DNA from: Gammaproteobacteria bacterium
GTDB lineage: Bacteria > Pseudomonadota > Gammaproteobacteria > Eutrophobiales > Eutrophobiaceae
DNA: 64,000 nt
Direction of reading: 5' to 3'
Assembly: GCA_965243205.1 (NCBI GenBank)
Contig: CBDEUK010000002.1
Coordinates: 960,001-1,024,000, forward strand
Each line of letters starts with the position of its first letter. Within the stretch, counting starts at the first letter, position 1. Position numbers and translations under genes: made by a program. The notes under the pieces are model-generated. The model saw only the letters and a program-made list of their open reading frames with translations. It did no database searches and was not told the origin of the DNA. Positions 41,301 to 57,161 of the stretch are shown here, one piece after another.

Positions 41301-42188
41301 TCCCTTCGTGATAATCCTGAATGTGCACAACAAGAATATGATGCTGTGTGTAATATGGACGATACTGGTCTGTTTGTTAATAAGTCGTTTGACAATGGTT
41401 TTTTGCAAGCTGATACACGAAGCTTTAAACCCAAAGTTGCTATCCTGCGTGAGCAGGGTGTGAACGGGCAAACTGAGATGGCCGCAGCATTTGAACGTGC
41501 AGGATTTGAAGCTTATGACGTTCACATGACTGACATTATGCAAGGAAACATTTCTCTTAAACCGTTCTCTGGTTTAGTGGCATGTGGAGGTTTTTCATAT
41601 GGTGATGTATTAGGTGCTGGGGGTGGCTGGGCTAAGTCGATCTTATTTGATAACCGAGCTCGCGATGAATTTTCTGCATTCTTTGCAAGTGAAGATACCT
41701 TTGCCCTTGGTGTATGCAATGGCTGCCAAATGCTTTCACAATTAAAGGAAATCATCCCAGGCACTGCATCATGGCCACGCTTTGTTCGTAACCAATCCGA
41801 ACAATTTGAAGCACGTCTTATAATGGTAGAGATAACAGAATCACCATCCATATTATTTAATGGCATGGAGCAATCTCAGTTACCGATTGTTGTCGCCCAT
41901 GGTGAAGGACGTGTACAAAACTTTGACTCTAGTGTGCCAAGCAATTTAGCAATGCGTTATATCAATCATCATGGAGAAGCCACTGAATCATACCCGGCAA
42001 ACCCAAATGGTTCTGAACATGGCATGGCTGGATTTACTTCAGATGATGGTCGGTTCAGTATCATGATGCCGCACCCTGAACGTGTATTTTTAAGTTCACA
42101 ATTTTCATGGTTACCGAAATCCTGGCAGGGTTCTGAAGGCCCTTGGATGGCGATGTTTCATAACGCTCGAAAGTGGCTTAAGTCATAA
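38319..42188 (+). CDS. purL: Phosphoribosylformylglycinamidine synthase (large type)
   Basis: [37 protein letters not shown]. Confidence 0.98.
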   Translation: MHIIHGAPAASSFRLTKYLQRLQEIEPSITKLQSHYIHLIESAQPISETETLQLEQLLDVENATNQPVSSNQLFVTPRPGTISPWSSKATDILHNCGLKNIVRIERGINWSIETQSNAPLGTSVIEELADILHDRMTESVFVATEELEQLFSHINPKPLNSVPVLEQGKQALAKANNDLGLALSEIEIEYLLKAYNDLGRDPTDVELMMFAQANSEHCRHKIFNSAWTIDGKKQDATLFGMIRETHKTNPGRVLSAYSDNAAVINGYDAARFFPNNESHQYDYSEETVNVLMKVETHNHPTAISPLPGAATGSGGEIRDEAATGRGGKPKAGLTGFSVSNLNIPNFKQAWENDYGKPDRIVSALDIMIEGPVGGSAFNNEFGRPNLTGYFRSYEQYDESTQRVRGYHKPIMIAGGYGSVRPDHVLKHRIPAGAQLIVLGGPAMLIGLGGGAASSMASGSSQEDLDFASVQRHNPEIQRRCQEVVDRCWALGDKNPIISIHDVGAGGLSNALPELVSDCDRGAVFQLREIPNDEPGMSPMEIWCNEAQERYVLAIAKESVEQFDQLCKRERAPYAVLGHATEEQQLVLNDELFNNKPIDMPLSVLLGKLPQMQRSTEHVESKSSAIQTDKIEINDAIERLLQLPTIADKRFLITIGDRSVSGLVCRDQMVGPWQIPVADCAVTASGYGYYVGEAMAMGERTPLALIDSAASARMALAESITNIAAARIMQINDISLSANWMAACGQLDEDAKLYDAVEAISTLCQQLGICIPVGKDSLSMNTVWQEREQTKQVTSPLSLIVTAFAPVVDIRQSLTPLLSQEEDNTVLLLIDLAQGKQRLGGSCLAQVFEQIGDESPDLENPNALIDFFQTIQILNEMGLLLAYHDRSDGGLYTTLAEMCLASRQGLDIDISLLGNDALSILFNEELGAVIQIREESLNVVLDTFNQSQNLSGHVHVLGKPTNNKQLIIHHNKQELSNHSLETLQKHWSATSYHIQSLRDNPECAQQEYDAVCNMDDTGLFVNKSFDNGFLQADTRSFKPKVAILREQGVNGQTEMAAAFERAGFEAYDVHMTDIMQGNISLKPFSGLVACGGFSYGDVLGAGGGWAKSILFDNRARDEFSAFFASEDTFALGVCNGCQMLSQLKEIIPGTASWPRFVRNQSEQFEARLIMVEITESPSILFNGMEQSQLPIVVAHGEGRVQNFDSSVPSNLAMRYINHHGEATESYPANPNGSEHGMAGFTSDDGRFSIMMPHPERVFLSSQFSWLPKSWQGSEGPWMAMFHNARKWLKS

Positions 42189-42369
42189 CGCCTACCTGAT
42201 AGAAATTAACCCAGATAGGTTAATTTTCCCCATCGATAGACTTAATAGAACCTTTGCTTTGGTTGCGTTCTAAACTCGTGTATAAATTGTTTTAAATAAT
42301 ATAAAAAATTATTTAAAAACAGACTTTTAACTCAATATGGTTTTATAATAAGCAACCTAAATAGCAACG

Positions 42370-42933
42370 ATGGCAAAAGACGATAAACCTCAATCAACAA
42401 ATCAAAATATCTCGGAAGACGATCGTCGTCTATTTCGTGAGTCCATCGGTGAAGTCAATAAAATTGAATTGAATAAGTTTGAGCATGAGGTTAAAAAACC
42501 TAAACCGATTCCTCAACAATCAAAACACAATGATGCACAGGTGTTAGAGCAACTAGCAGAAGCACCATTTGAAATTGAAGAAGTAGAAACTGGCGATGAA
42601 TTAAGTTTTGTACGCCCGGGTATTCAAAAAAACACGCTTAGAAAATTACGTCGCGGTTATTTTGTTGTAGAACAGGAACTGGATTTGCATGGCTTAATTG
42701 TGGCGGAGGCCAAGCCCGTTTTGAATCAGTTTTTATCAAGGGCTTTAGATTCAGGAAAACGTTGTCTGAGAATCATTCACGGTAAAGGGCATGGTTCAAA
42801 AAATAAGACGCCTGTTCTAAAAAACAAACTAAATCGTTGGTTACAACAAGATGACCGAGTATTAGCATTTTGCTCGGCAAGAAATAATGATGGCGGTACT
42901 GGCGCAGTCTATGTATTAGTCAAAAAACTATAA
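42370..42933 (+). CDS. Smr-domain endonuclease
   Basis: LDLHGL, IIHGKGHGS, DGGTGAVYV. Confidence 0.92.
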   Translation: MAKDDKPQSTNQNISEDDRRLFRESIGEVNKIELNKFEHEVKKPKPIPQQSKHNDAQVLEQLAEAPFEIEEVETGDELSFVRPGIQKNTLRKLRRGYFVVEQELDLHGLIVAEAKPVLNQFLSRALDSGKRCLRIIHGKGHGSKNKTPVLKNKLNRWLQQDDRVLAFCSARNNDGGTGAVYVLVKKL

Positions 42934-43030
42934 CTTTTAAGTTTCTGTAATATAAAAACTGTAAATCTTGACTAAACTTTATATACAGATGATTAGTCGT
43001 CTTGGTTGTACCCATACATAAAGCGGGGAC

Positions 43031-44122
43031 ATGAGTATGTTGGAAGCGAGTAATGGAAATGATTCTTATAGCTACACAGCTATGATCATTGACGACCAAT
43101 CGACTAGCCGCATTATTCTCGAAACCATTTTAAAAAATATTGAAGAAAATATACGAGTTGTTTCTTTCGATAGTTGCCTTAGCGCATTGCAAGTCATCGA
43201 GACTAACCCACCCGACATTATCTTAGCCGACTATAATCTACCCGTTCTAAATGGAATAGAATTTACTCGGCGTGTTCGTTCACTACCACAATGTTGTGAT
43301 ATCCCCATTGTGATTGTCACTATATTTGATGATAAATCCGTCTTGTATGAAGCTCTCAGTGCTGGGGCAAGTGAGTTTTTAACCAAACCAGTTGACCAAC
43401 ATGAATGTACTGTTCGTTGTAAAAACTTACTGACAATGCGTCAACAACAATTATTACTCAAAGAAAAGGCTGAAAATCTACAACAAGAAGTTGAAAAAGC
43501 TGTAGCTGAAATTCAAATTCGAGAAAAAGAGACTTTATATAGACTTGCACTTGCAGGGGAATACCGGGATGTTGCGACTGGTTCTAACCTGATACGAGTA
43601 GGTAAAATTGCCCGAAAAATTGCTGAGCTGGTTCCTCTGCCTAAACAGCAATGTAAAATTATTGAAATGGCAGCTCCAATGCATGATATTGGTAAAATAG
43701 GAATTCCAGATCGAGTATTGCTAAAAGAAGGGCCACTTGATCAAGAAGAACTGAATATCATGCTTAAGCATACGGAATTTGGCTACGAAATTTTAAAAGA
43801 TAGTCCTTCACCATTTCTTAAGATGGGAGCAGAAATTGCGTTAAATCATCATGAAAAATTTGATGGAACAGGCTATCCAAACCAGAAACGAGGTGAAGAA
43901 ATTCCTCTTGTGGCTAGAATCGCTACCATTGCCGATGTCTTTGATGCACTTACTTCAAAACGTCCTTACAAACCAGCTTGGTCAATGCAAGATACATTGG
44001 CTTATATGGAAAAACAAAAAGGTATACATTTCGATCCAACTTTGATCAATTTAATGATAGACAATATTGATGAAATCCTAAATGAGACTGACTCCACAGC
44101 TGAGAGTAAAATCCTAAATTGA
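43031..44122 (+). CDS. rpfG: REC + HD-GYP c-di-GMP phosphodiesterase
   Basis: DDQSTSR, HDIGKIG, HHEKFDGTGYP; adjacent to rpfC and rpfF. Confidence 0.88.
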   Translation: MSMLEASNGNDSYSYTAMIIDDQSTSRIILETILKNIEENIRVVSFDSCLSALQVIETNPPDIILADYNLPVLNGIEFTRRVRSLPQCCDIPIVIVTIFDDKSVLYEALSAGASEFLTKPVDQHECTVRCKNLLTMRQQQLLLKEKAENLQQEVEKAVAEIQIREKETLYRLALAGEYRDVATGSNLIRVGKIARKIAELVPLPKQQCKIIEMAAPMHDIGKIGIPDRVLLKEGPLDQEELNIMLKHTEFGYEILKDSPSPFLKMGAEIALNHHEKFDGTGYPNQKRGEEIPLVARIATIADVFDALTSKRPYKPAWSMQDTLAYMEKQKGIHFDPTLINLMIDNIDEILNETDSTAESKILN

Positions 44123-44260
44123 AACTATACTCTTCCTCAAAATATATTATAATTCTCTGCAAGAAATCATTTTAACTTCATAATTATTATAGAATTTATT
44201 TCTAAGTAACTCTTCTATAAGGAAAGTGGCGATATAACTGGAAATTGAGTACGCTAAATC

Positions 44261-46813
44261 ATGCTAAATAATATTCTTAAAACACTACAAAATCGTGAAG
44301 ATTCTGAACACGAACAATGTTTGATCAGAATCATGATGGGTGTTATTTGGCTAGTTTACATATCCTATGTAAGCATGGGCGCTACTGAAAAAGATTATTC
44401 ATCAGGCATCACTGCCTCAATTCTATTTATACTTGCTGGAAGCCTAAATTTTACCTGGATAGTTCTTTATCCGCAGATTCATCGTTTCCGACGTGTCGCA
44501 GGTATGACGATCGACACATTCTTCATGACCTATGCAATGTGGTACTTTGGTGAATCTGGGGCACCTTTATTTGGAGTCTATTTATTCGTAACGTTTGGTC
44601 ATGGATTTCGTTACGGCAATCAATACTTATTCTTAAGTGCATGTGCTAGCTTTATAAGCTTTAGCATCGTTATGGCTACCAGTGATTTTTGGCAATCTCA
44701 ACAAACCATAGGCTATGGAATATTAGTCGCACTAATAGTGCTGTCTGCTTATGTATCTGTATTAATTTCAAGATTACAAAAGGCTGTTACAGCTGCTGAA
44801 GAGGCAAATAATGCCAAATCCCAATTTCTGGCCAATATGAGCCATGAAATTCGTACGCCATTAAACGGCGTCATTGGTATGAGTGATTTATTAAATCGCA
44901 CGTCTTTAAATGTAGAACAAAAAGACTTTGCCTCAACCATCAACGCCTCAGCAAAAACATTGCTCATGTTGATAAATGATATTTTAGATATTTCTAAAAT
45001 TGAGGCCGGCAAAATTGAAATTGAAATCGTCGAATTCGATATCTATAACCTTATCAATGCAACTCGAGCTATGCTGGCTCCAGATGCTGAGAATAAAGGC
45101 TTACAATGCAATACCTACATTTCGCCTGACGTACCCATATTATTAAAAGGCGATGCATTACATATTCGCCAAGTTCTCATTAACTTTATAACCAATGCTA
45201 TTAAATTTACTAAGGATGGCAAAATAGAGATCAATGTTAATAGTCAGCATATTATTCATAACAAACACCGTATCCGATTTGAAGTAACAGATACTGGTAT
45301 TGGAATACCACAAGACGCTGTGGAAAAAATATTTGATAAATTTACTCAAGCCGACGAATCAACAACAAGAGAATATGGTGGAACAGGCTTAGGCATGGCC
45401 ATATCAAAGCAATTGGTTGAAGCCATGGGAGGGAATATAGGGGTTAGCAGTGAAGTTGGCGAGGGAAGTACGTTTTGGTTTGAAATCGAAGCCGATGAAA
45501 ATATGGTTTCTGCTGAGCAAATTACTTCACCAATTCATATCAGTGAGAACCATGTACTACTTGTTAGCAACACAAAAGAAACAAACGGCATTCAGCAACA
45601 TTTAGAAACTTGGCATATCAGTGTTGAAACTGCAAACAATAGCCATCAATCCCTTTATAAGTTATTAAACGGAAAGAATAGCGGCTTTCCGTTTCATATT
45701 ATTCTAGTGAATGAAGAAGGACTTGATGTATCCGCTAAAGATTTTATCCGAAAAGTAACTGCTGAATTTTCTGAACAAATACATTTCATTCTACTGAGTG
45801 ATAAACAATATTCACAAGATGATATAAAACGTATTTATGAAATGGGTTACAAATATGTGCTCAGTAAATATGTTGATCGAACAACATTATTTAGAACCTT
45901 ACATGCGTTAATGGCGGGGACTCTATCTAACGAAGATATTACCCAACTAAAAGTTGTCGAAAACCTCGATAAAGAAACCCGTCAAGAATCTCGTCCACTT
46001 AAAATTTTAATTGGTGAAGATAACCCTACAAACCAAAAAGTCATTCAAAAAATATTAGAACAAGATTCACACTCAACACATATCGTTGAAAATGGAGAAT
46101 TAGTCTTAGATGCTTTAGAAGAGCAAGATTATGATCTAATTATATTAGATATGAATATGCCTGTGATGAGTGGTATCGAAGCAGCAAAAATTTATCGTTT
46201 TACTTTTCCAGATAAAAAACACATACCAATACTTGTGTTATCAGCAAACGCTACGAGTGAAGCTGCTAAAGAGTGTGAAGAGGCTCAAATCGATTGCTAC
46301 TTGACTAAGCCAATACAACCTCAAAAGCTTCTTGATACGATTAGCTCTCTTGCTAATAAAGATAGCGAATTAAATAATGACGATGACATCAATACTAAAA
46401 CGAATATTCAAAGTGTTTTTGATGATAACTCTCCATTGATTGAATATAGTGTTTTAAAAGAAATTAATAACTTATCGGATGATAAAGATTTTATTAATGA
46501 ACTAGCCAATGGTTATCTAATCGATACTCGTATCTCATTAGATGAAATGCAAAATGCCCTTACAGAAAAAGACTATGAACTAATAGGAAACTTAAGTCAT
46601 AGTATTGATGGTAGTTCGAGAAGCATTGGTGCAAAAAAAATGTCTTCGCTAACAAAACACATTTCAGAGTGTATACAGAATTTTAATTACCAAAATATAA
46701 CCAAACAGGTTTTGTATTTAGGATCTGTATTTGATGATACTGAACAAGAATTAAAATCTTATTTAGATAATGGAAATTTGACTAAAGATGATAAAAAGAT
46801 TCCTGGTTCTTGA
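44261..46813 (+). CDS. rpfC: DSF sensor hybrid histidine kinase
   Basis: N-terminal [10 protein letters not shown], about five TM with GFRYG, HisKA, HATPase, REC, HPt. Confidence 0.88.
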   Translation: MLNNILKTLQNREDSEHEQCLIRIMMGVIWLVYISYVSMGATEKDYSSGITASILFILAGSLNFTWIVLYPQIHRFRRVAGMTIDTFFMTYAMWYFGESGAPLFGVYLFVTFGHGFRYGNQYLFLSACASFISFSIVMATSDFWQSQQTIGYGILVALIVLSAYVSVLISRLQKAVTAAEEANNAKSQFLANMSHEIRTPLNGVIGMSDLLNRTSLNVEQKDFASTINASAKTLLMLINDILDISKIEAGKIEIEIVEFDIYNLINATRAMLAPDAENKGLQCNTYISPDVPILLKGDALHIRQVLINFITNAIKFTKDGKIEINVNSQHIIHNKHRIRFEVTDTGIGIPQDAVEKIFDKFTQADESTTREYGGTGLGMAISKQLVEAMGGNIGVSSEVGEGSTFWFEIEADENMVSAEQITSPIHISENHVLLVSNTKETNGIQQHLETWHISVETANNSHQSLYKLLNGKNSGFPFHIILVNEEGLDVSAKDFIRKVTAEFSEQIHFILLSDKQYSQDDIKRIYEMGYKYVLSKYVDRTTLFRTLHALMAGTLSNEDITQLKVVENLDKETRQESRPLKILIGEDNPTNQKVIQKILEQDSHSTHIVENGELVLDALEEQDYDLIILDMNMPVMSGIEAAKIYRFTFPDKKHIPILVLSANATSEAAKECEEAQIDCYLTKPIQPQKLLDTISSLANKDSELNNDDDINTKTNIQSVFDDNSPLIEYSVLKEINNLSDDKDFINELANGYLIDTRISLDEMQNALTEKDYELIGNLSHSIDGSSRSIGAKKMSSLTKHISECIQNFNYQNITKQVLYLGSVFDDTEQELKSYLDNGNLTKDDKKIPGS

Positions 46814-46832
46814 TAAATCAAGAACCAGTTTT
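46803..46832 (+). terminator. Hairpin between convergent rpfC and rpfF
   Basis: ctggttcttga-taaa-tcaagaaccag then tttt. Confidence 0.6.
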
Positions 46833-46891
46833 AATGTTTACAACACTGTTGAGGATGTAAAAAACTATTTAATTATTTATTTAGGATTTAA

Positions 46892-47830
46892 TTAGCTACT
46901 GTACATTCCTTCGACTTTAGCATCTTCATCCATATCTGATTTTGTAGAGAATCTATTTTGACTACGCACTAATCGTTTGATAGTTCGTAAATCTTTTTGA
47001 GTTAGGCTCATTGCCGCATCAACCCATATATCACAGATTTCTAATAAATTATCATAGTCTATCGGGCAAATCGTTTGACGAACTTTACGAATTGCTTTGT
47101 GAGTATTTGAACGTTTAGCATTCGCACGGATGTAAGCATTTACTGCAGCTTTACCTGATCCTTCTTCAGCTAAAACATCAACAACTCCTTTGTTATACAT
47201 ATCTTCAGCAGAATAAACATTACCACTGAGCATCATCTTTTCTGCATCGTGTGGGCTCATTCTTTGAGCTAATAAATTATATGCACCCATGCCAGGGAAA
47301 AGGTTAAACAAGACTTCCGGCAAACCCATTTCAGCATGTTTTTCAGCAATCACAACATGACTCGATAATGCAGCCTCAAAGCCACCACCTAATGCATTTC
47401 CATTCACTAATGAAATCGTTGTAATGTCTAAATCAAATCCTTGGTAGTTTGGCTGAAAAGTTTGAATGCATTCATAAGCGTATTCGGTTAGCTTTTCTCG
47501 ATTACCAGTTTCTATGCATTCGAGAAAATAATTTAAATCGCCACCAAAATTAAACACTGGATGATTGGAGGTAATAACATGGTATTCGATGTCTACTAAT
47601 TCACCTTCCCATGAAAGTTGACCTTTATGTTGTTTTAGAATCGTTTGAAATTCACGAATTTCTTTTAACAATTCGCGGTTCATGCAGGCCCTAGGCTTAG
47701 GATCCATATACAGCCATACAGATCGGTTTTCAGGAATAACTTCTACAGAAATTTGTTTGAACTGATTGAAGCGAACTTCATTAGCAAAACGCACAGTATT
47801 AATAGCATGAAGAGTACTCATGGCTAACAT
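46892..47830 (-). CDS. rpfF: DSF synthase (crotonase family)
   Basis: FNFGGDL, GNALGGGFEAALS, GLPEVLFNLFPGMGAY; convergent on rpfC. Confidence 0.92.
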   Translation of the reverse strand: MLAMSTLHAINTVRFANEVRFNQFKQISVEVIPENRSVWLYMDPKPRACMNRELLKEIREFQTILKQHKGQLSWEGELVDIEYHVITSNHPVFNFGGDLNYFLECIETGNREKLTEYAYECIQTFQPNYQGFDLDITTISLVNGNALGGGFEAALSSHVVIAEKHAEMGLPEVLFNLFPGMGAYNLLAQRMSPHDAEKMMLSGNVYSAEDMYNKGVVDVLAEEGSGKAAVNAYIRANAKRSNTHKAIRKVRQTICPIDYDNLLEICDIWVDAAMSLTQKDLRTIKRLVRSQNRFSTKSDMDEDAKVEGMYSS

Positions 47831-48064
47831 CCTCCTTCCGCTTTTCTAAGCAGAACTATATTTATTTAAAAAAAACAAATTTTATTTTTATAGTTTTAAC
47901 GAGTGTTGTGTTGTAGCTAGATCTAACGCCCGGCTTACTTCACATTTATAGTTAACAGGAAAAGGGGTTATAAGGTCAAGAAAAAAAATATAATAATTTC
48001 ATGACCGTAGTCAGGGTTGTTCGATTAAAAAATGAAAATTAACCCATATGAGTGAAAGTAGATT

Positions 48065-48541
48065 CTAGGTTTTTGACGCTATTAAAGCGACTGCATGAAC
48101 AGCAATTCCTTCCTTTCTTCCTAGGTACCCGAGCTTCTCAGTAGTGGTAGCTTTGATATTGATTTGATCAGTTGAAACCACCATATCTTGTGCAATGTTA
48201 TCTTTCATTAACGACATATAGTTAGCCAGTTTTGGAGCTTGAGCAACAATTGTGATGTCTGCATTGACTAATTGATAGTTTTTTTCATTCAAAAAGTTAG
48301 TCACTTTTCTTAATAAAATTCTACTATCAATATCCTTAAATTCGGCATCAGTATCAGGAAAAAAACACCCAATATCTCCCATTCCAGCAGCGCCTAATAA
48401 TGCGTCACAAAGTGCATGTAATACCGCATCTGCATCAGAATGACCCAATAAACCCATTTCATATGGGATGGTGACTCCGCCAAGAATCAGTCTTCTATTC
48501 TCTGCAAACGCATGAACATCGTAACCATGTCCAATTCTCAT
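48065..48541 (-). CDS. ispF: MEcPP synthase
   Basis: [25 protein letters not shown]. Confidence 0.97.
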   Translation of the reverse strand: MRIGHGYDVHAFAENRRLILGGVTIPYEMGLLGHSDADAVLHALCDALLGAAGMGDIGCFFPDTDAEFKDIDSRILLRKVTNFLNEKNYQLVNADITIVAQAPKLANYMSLMKDNIAQDMVVSTDQINIKATTTEKLGYLGRKEGIAVHAVALIASKT

Positions 48542-49248
48542 GGGGAAATACTCCTATTTTTTAGATAATCTTCAGCAAGTTTAAGATCACCTATATGAGT
48601 TATCTTGTTGGTGTAAGAATGTGCCGCAATCAACATAGGTTTGACACCTGTGAGTTCAATCGCTTGAGCCTCATCTGTCACAATACTCTTATTATCAATA
48701 GAGGATTTTAGTGCTTTAACTAATTTTTCCAAACGAAAGATTTGAGGGGTCATTGCGTGCCAAAGATTTTCGCGCTCTACTGTATCAATAACTTCATTAT
48801 TGATATTACTACGTTTCATTGTATCTCTAACAGGATACGCTAAAATTCCTCCAACAGGATGATTTGAAACCTGTTCAATTAAATCATTCAACTGTTGAAA
48901 ATCAATACATGGACGTGCTGCATCATGAACCATAACCCAATCATTATCATCAGCAAATTCTTGCAAGTGCAGCAAACCATTTAATACAGAGTAACAACGT
49001 TCTTCTCCACCTATAACTGTAATCAGTTTTGCATGTTGAGATAATTTAATCTCAGGCCAATAAGGATCATCTTTACCTATGACAACGATAACTTTTTCTA
49101 TCTGTTTAAAATCAATAAACGTTTCTAATGTATGTTCAAGTATGGTTTTACCTAACAGCTCAATATACTGTTTCGGTTTATCGACTTGCATTCGACGTCC
49201 AACACCTGCTGCAGGTATCACCGCCCAATAACGTGGTTTATTTTGCAT
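48538..49248 (-). CDS. ispD: MEP cytidylyltransferase
   Basis: [25 protein letters not shown]. Confidence 0.96.
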   Translation of the reverse strand: MQNKPRYWAVIPAAGVGRRMQVDKPKQYIELLGKTILEHTLETFIDFKQIEKVIVVIGKDDPYWPEIKLSQHAKLITVIGGEERCYSVLNGLLHLQEFADDNDWVMVHDAARPCIDFQQLNDLIEQVSNHPVGGILAYPVRDTMKRSNINNEVIDTVERENLWHAMTPQIFRLEKLVKALKSSIDNKSIVTDEAQAIELTGVKPMLIAAHSYTNKITHIGDLKLAEDYLKNRSISP

Positions 49249-49251
49249 GAG

Positions 49252-49551
49252 TTAATGCGAAGAAGTTTGTTTAGAGTTATGGTTTTCGATTACTCGATAA
49301 AAAGTTTCATTACTTTTGATCATTCCCATTTCACTACGAGCACGTTCTTCAAGCGCTTCCATCCCTTGTTTTAGATCAACCACTTCTGCAGCTAAAGAAT
49401 CATTACGTTCTTTAAGCTGTTCATTTTCTGTAATCTGTTGTGCATGATGTTGTTTTAAATGATGAACCTCCGCTAGTCCACCATTACCGAACCAAAGCCG
49501 ATATTGAAGTATTGCTAATAAACAGATTAATGCCGTAAATAAAAATCTCAT
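49252..49551 (-). CDS. ftsB: Cell division protein FtsB
   Basis: LQYRLWFGNGG, EERARSEMGMIK; eno-ftsB-ispD synteny. Confidence 0.95.
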   Translation of the reverse strand: MRFLFTALICLLAILQYRLWFGNGGLAEVHHLKQHHAQQITENEQLKERNDSLAAEVVDLKQGMEALEERARSEMGMIKSNETFYRVIENHNSKQTSSH

Positions 49552-49564
49552 TTCATTAAGTAAA

Positions 49565-50854
<1,290 letters not shown>

Positions 50855-50887
50855 CTAATCTCCTAACTCATCTAATTTTAATATTTT

Positions 50888-53393
<2,506 letters not shown>

Positions 53394-53492
53394 TTAAAAC
53401 AACTAATCACATAAGAAATAACACGTAATCAGAATGGACAGACATACTAACAAATACTGACTGATTCGACTATGAATAAATCATCGATTCGT

Positions 53493-55238
53493 TTAAAAAC
53501 CATTATCTTTTCGGTGATAACTCTGTTCAATATCTTGTCGCGTTACTATTCCGTAGATTCTATCCGCTGCGGCACCGATTCGTTGAATCACATACAATGC
53601 TTCAGCTTCTGAATCATCAAGTAATTTTAGTGCTTGTTGTAAGGTTGCTTGCTGCATCACAGGCTCTAATTGCAAACGTTTAGATGGGACTTCGAACAAA
53701 TCAAAGTTCTCTTCTGCTGATTCTTCAAGATACCTAGCCAAATCAGCCGCAGGCATTAATAACAATTTTTCGTCACGACGAATCACTAACCATTTAGGTT
53801 TATTGGCCAATAATTTCATTGCCTGTTCCTTGGTTAACTCAGCATTGACGATTAAAAACTCTTTGTTCATAACAGAGCCAACGGCAAATCGTCTCAACGA
53901 CTGAGCGATAGGGTCATTGCGATAATCCAGGCCTATCTGTTTCATCTGTGAAATAAAAACAGATTCTTGACCAAATAATTCTCTTGCTGCAAGGCTAGCC
54001 GTTACAATCGCCAACATACCAGGAAAAATAATATTTTGATTACCCGTCAATTCCAGTAATGCAATCAAAGCGGCTAATGGTGCTTGCAAAGTTGCACCCA
54101 TCATTGCACCCATACCTAACATGGCATACAAACCTGGATGAGAAATCGCTCCAGGAAATAAACTAGCAATTTGCCCTACTAAACCTCCTAATAATGCGCC
54201 CATCACAATGGTAGGACCTATCATTCCACCCGGAACCCCAAGTCCTATACTGATTGATGTTGCTAGCAATTTAGCAATAGCAATAAAGCACAAAATCGCA
54301 ATGGTTAAATCCCCAATTAAGGCTTTATTGACTGTGTCGTAGCCGATGCTCATCACTTCTGGCACTAGCCCACTAATCGATGTAAGTAGAAATCCAGCTA
54401 AAAGAATCCGCATACTGATATGGTAATCCTGGCTCATGGAGGTAATTTTTTTTACCGAATTGATAAAAATGGTTGAAAAACCGCCAATCAAACACCCCAT
54501 GATCATAATTACCACAAGCTCATATAACGACCCTAACTCGAAGGCAGGAACCAAAAATATGGGTTCTGTATGAAATATCGTTCGAGAAATCGCAGTGGCG
54601 CTCACTGCCGCAAGAATAATGGGAGTAAATCCAGCAATGGTGTATTCCATTAATACAACTTCCATCGCAAAAATCACCCCGGCCAAAGGTGTATTAAACG
54701 AGGCGGCGATAGCTGCAGCTGAACCACAGGCCACAAGATTGCGAATGCTATTATTTGGCAAACGCAAACGCTGACCTAAATAACTCGCTATACCCGCCCC
54801 GACATGAATACTGGGCCCTTCTCGACCAACGGAATGTCCCGAAATGACGGCAATAGCACTACCAAAGAACTGCAGAATCGTATTTTTTAACGGTAAATGT
54901 CCTTCGTGGTAGGCTAAACGCTCAAGGACATGAATTACCCCCACTCTAGGAGTCGTTTTTCTAAAAAAAGCATAAATAATGGCCAGTATTAAACTACCCA
55001 CCATTAAGAACGAGGCTCTTGCCATCCAAGATAAGCCTTCGTAATTTTCTGGATCGGCTCCTGGTAAGAAAGACGCTTGGCTCCATTCGATTAGAAACCG
55101 TAATAACACAATCAAAAGGCCGACAACGATACCACTCACCATGCCTAATAATGACAAAATAGGCAGCGCGCTAGCGTTAGCAAGTCGTGAATTGAACTTA
55201 TCACGCAAAAGATTTATAAAATCAATGGGTTTAATCAC
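53493..55238 (-). CDS. CLC-family chloride channel/transporter with CBS-like tail
   Basis: GREGP, FNTPLAGVIFAME, GGMIGP. Confidence 0.9.
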   Translation of the reverse strand: MIKPIDFINLLRDKFNSRLANASALPILSLLGMVSGIVVGLLIVLLRFLIEWSQASFLPGADPENYEGLSWMARASFLMVGSLILAIIYAFFRKTTPRVGVIHVLERLAYHEGHLPLKNTILQFFGSAIAVISGHSVGREGPSIHVGAGIASYLGQRLRLPNNSIRNLVACGSAAAIAASFNTPLAGVIFAMEVVLMEYTIAGFTPIILAAVSATAISRTIFHTEPIFLVPAFELGSLYELVVIMIMGCLIGGFSTIFINSVKKITSMSQDYHISMRILLAGFLLTSISGLVPEVMSIGYDTVNKALIGDLTIAILCFIAIAKLLATSISIGLGVPGGMIGPTIVMGALLGGLVGQIASLFPGAISHPGLYAMLGMGAMMGATLQAPLAALIALLELTGNQNIIFPGMLAIVTASLAARELFGQESVFISQMKQIGLDYRNDPIAQSLRRFAVGSVMNKEFLIVNAELTKEQAMKLLANKPKWLVIRRDEKLLLMPAADLARYLEESAEENFDLFEVPSKRLQLEPVMQQATLQQALKLLDDSEAEALYVIQRIGAAADRIYGIVTRQDIEQSYHRKDNGF

Positions 55239-55440
55239 GTTATTGTTACCTATTATTCATGATTTTAGATAAAAGACGTTATAGAATACGCGTTCAACTT
55301 ATCTGGTCTGGTTCGGGAAATACACCCGATACCAACAATTACTAATTAAATTACAATAAAATCGTTAGGAAAAACCTTCAGTAATTCTGTGTATTACAAA
55401 TTTTTTCCATCCGGTCAAATTACTCAGAGGAGATACCGGC

Positions 55441-57114
55441 ATGTCTGATATTGAAATCGCCCAAAAGGCGAATAAAAAACGCATCATTGATCTTGCTAAA
55501 GAGCAATACGAAATTGATAGCGAACATCTAGAGCCATATGGCCACTATAAAGCAAAATTATCTCTAGACTATATCTCAAGTTTACAAAATAAACCCGATG
55601 GTAAATTAATCCTTACCACTGCTATCAGCCCTACTCCAGCTGGAGAAGGTAAAACCACTACCACCGTAGGTCTCGGTGATGCCATGAACCGCATCGGCAA
55701 AAAAACCATGATCTGTTTACGTGAACCATCACTTGGTCCTTGTTTTGGTGTTAAAGGTGGAGCTGCTGGTGGCGGTTATGCGCAAGTTGTTCCTATGGAA
55801 GACATCAACCTGCATTTCACTGGTGACTTCCATGCAATCGGTGCTGCTCATAACTTACTATCTGCAATGATTGATAATCATATTAATCATGGAAACGCCC
55901 TCAACCTTGATCCTCGCTTAATTGCTTGGAAACGTGTGGTTGATATGAATGACCGTGCTCTACGTAAAGTGGTTATTTCTTTAGGTGGTACAGCAAACGG
56001 TTTTCCTCGTGAAGATGGTTATGACATTACCGTTGCTTCTGAAGTCATGGCTATTTTCTGTTTAGCAACATCATTAGATGATTTGAAACAACGTTTAGGC
56101 GATATCGTTATTGGTTATACACGTGGTGATAAAAAACCTGTGCATGCTCGTGAGATTAATGCTCAAGGCGCGATGGCAGCCTTATTAAAAGATGCGATTA
56201 AACCAAACCTTGTTCAAACCTTAGAAAACAACCTAGCCTTTATTCACGGTGGCCCATTCGCGAATATTGCTCATGGTTGTAATACCGTAACAGCGACTCA
56301 AACTGCACTTAAATTAGCGGATTATGTTGTGACTGAAGCTGGATTTGGTGCGGATTTAGGTGCAGAAAAATTCATTGATATTAAATGTCGTAAAGCGGGT
56401 TTAAAACCGGCTGCTGTTGTTTTAGTTGCAACTATTCGCGCACTTAAGTTCCACGGCGGTGTTGCTAAAGACGAACTTAACAATGAAAACTTAGATGCTT
56501 TAGAAAAAGGTATGGTTAACTTAGAGCGTCATATGAATAACATTCAAGAACACTATGGTTTACCTTGTGTCGTTTGTATCAACCATTTCACTTTTGATAC
56601 CGATGCAGAAGTAGCAATGCTACAAAAACGTGTTGAAGAGCTAGGTGGTAAATGTGTTGTATCGAAACACTGGGCTGATGGTGGCGCAGGGGCAGAAGAT
56701 CTAGCACACGCTGTTATCGATGTAGTCGATAATAACCCTGGTGAACATACTTTTGTTTACGATGAAAACTTACCAGTTATGGAAAAAATCGAAGCGATTG
56801 CGACAAAAATTTATGGTGCTAGTAATGTTACAGCTAGCCCTAAAGTGAAAGCTGAGATCGATAAGCTCAGTGAAAACTACCCTAACCTTCCAGTTTGTAT
56901 GGCAAAGACTCAAATGTCTTTTTCTACTAATCCAACTGCGAAAGGCGCTCCAAGTGGGCACACTGTCGAGATTACTGAAGTAAGACTCTCAGCAGGCGCA
57001 GGTTTTATCGTTGCTATTGCTGGTAGCATGATGACCATGCCGGGCTTACCGAAAGTACCTGCAGCTGAAAAAATTGATGTCGATAGCGAAGGAAATATTT
57101 CAGGTCTATTCTAA
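55441..57114 (+). CDS. fhs: Formate-tetrahydrofolate ligase
   Basis: [36 protein letters not shown]. Confidence 0.97.
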   Translation: MSDIEIAQKANKKRIIDLAKEQYEIDSEHLEPYGHYKAKLSLDYISSLQNKPDGKLILTTAISPTPAGEGKTTTTVGLGDAMNRIGKKTMICLREPSLGPCFGVKGGAAGGGYAQVVPMEDINLHFTGDFHAIGAAHNLLSAMIDNHINHGNALNLDPRLIAWKRVVDMNDRALRKVVISLGGTANGFPREDGYDITVASEVMAIFCLATSLDDLKQRLGDIVIGYTRGDKKPVHAREINAQGAMAALLKDAIKPNLVQTLENNLAFIHGGPFANIAHGCNTVTATQTALKLADYVVTEAGFGADLGAEKFIDIKCRKAGLKPAAVVLVATIRALKFHGGVAKDELNNENLDALEKGMVNLERHMNNIQEHYGLPCVVCINHFTFDTDAEVAMLQKRVEELGGKCVVSKHWADGGAGAEDLAHAVIDVVDNNPGEHTFVYDENLPVMEKIEAIATKIYGASNVTASPKVKAEIDKLSENYPNLPVCMAKTQMSFSTNPTAKGAPSGHTVEITEVRLSAGAGFIVAIAGSMMTMPGLPKVPAAEKIDVDSEGNISGLF

Positions 57115-57132
57115 ACTATCAATTTAATCTAT

Positions 57133-57161
57133 AAAAAAACCCGGCTAGTCCGGGTTTTTTT
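57133..57161. terminator. Bidirectional intrinsic terminator
   Basis: aaaaaaacccgg-ctagt-ccgggttttttt between convergent genes. Confidence 0.85.

Noticed and set aside
38109-41866. Numerous 60-115 aa alternative-frame and antisense ORFs around purL and other housekeeping genes
   Set aside because: Shadow ORFs of long conserved genes with no independent support
55239-55440. ZTP or THF riboswitch upstream of fhs
   Set aside because: Only a small hairpin near 55308-55334; conserved cores of these riboswitches not seen
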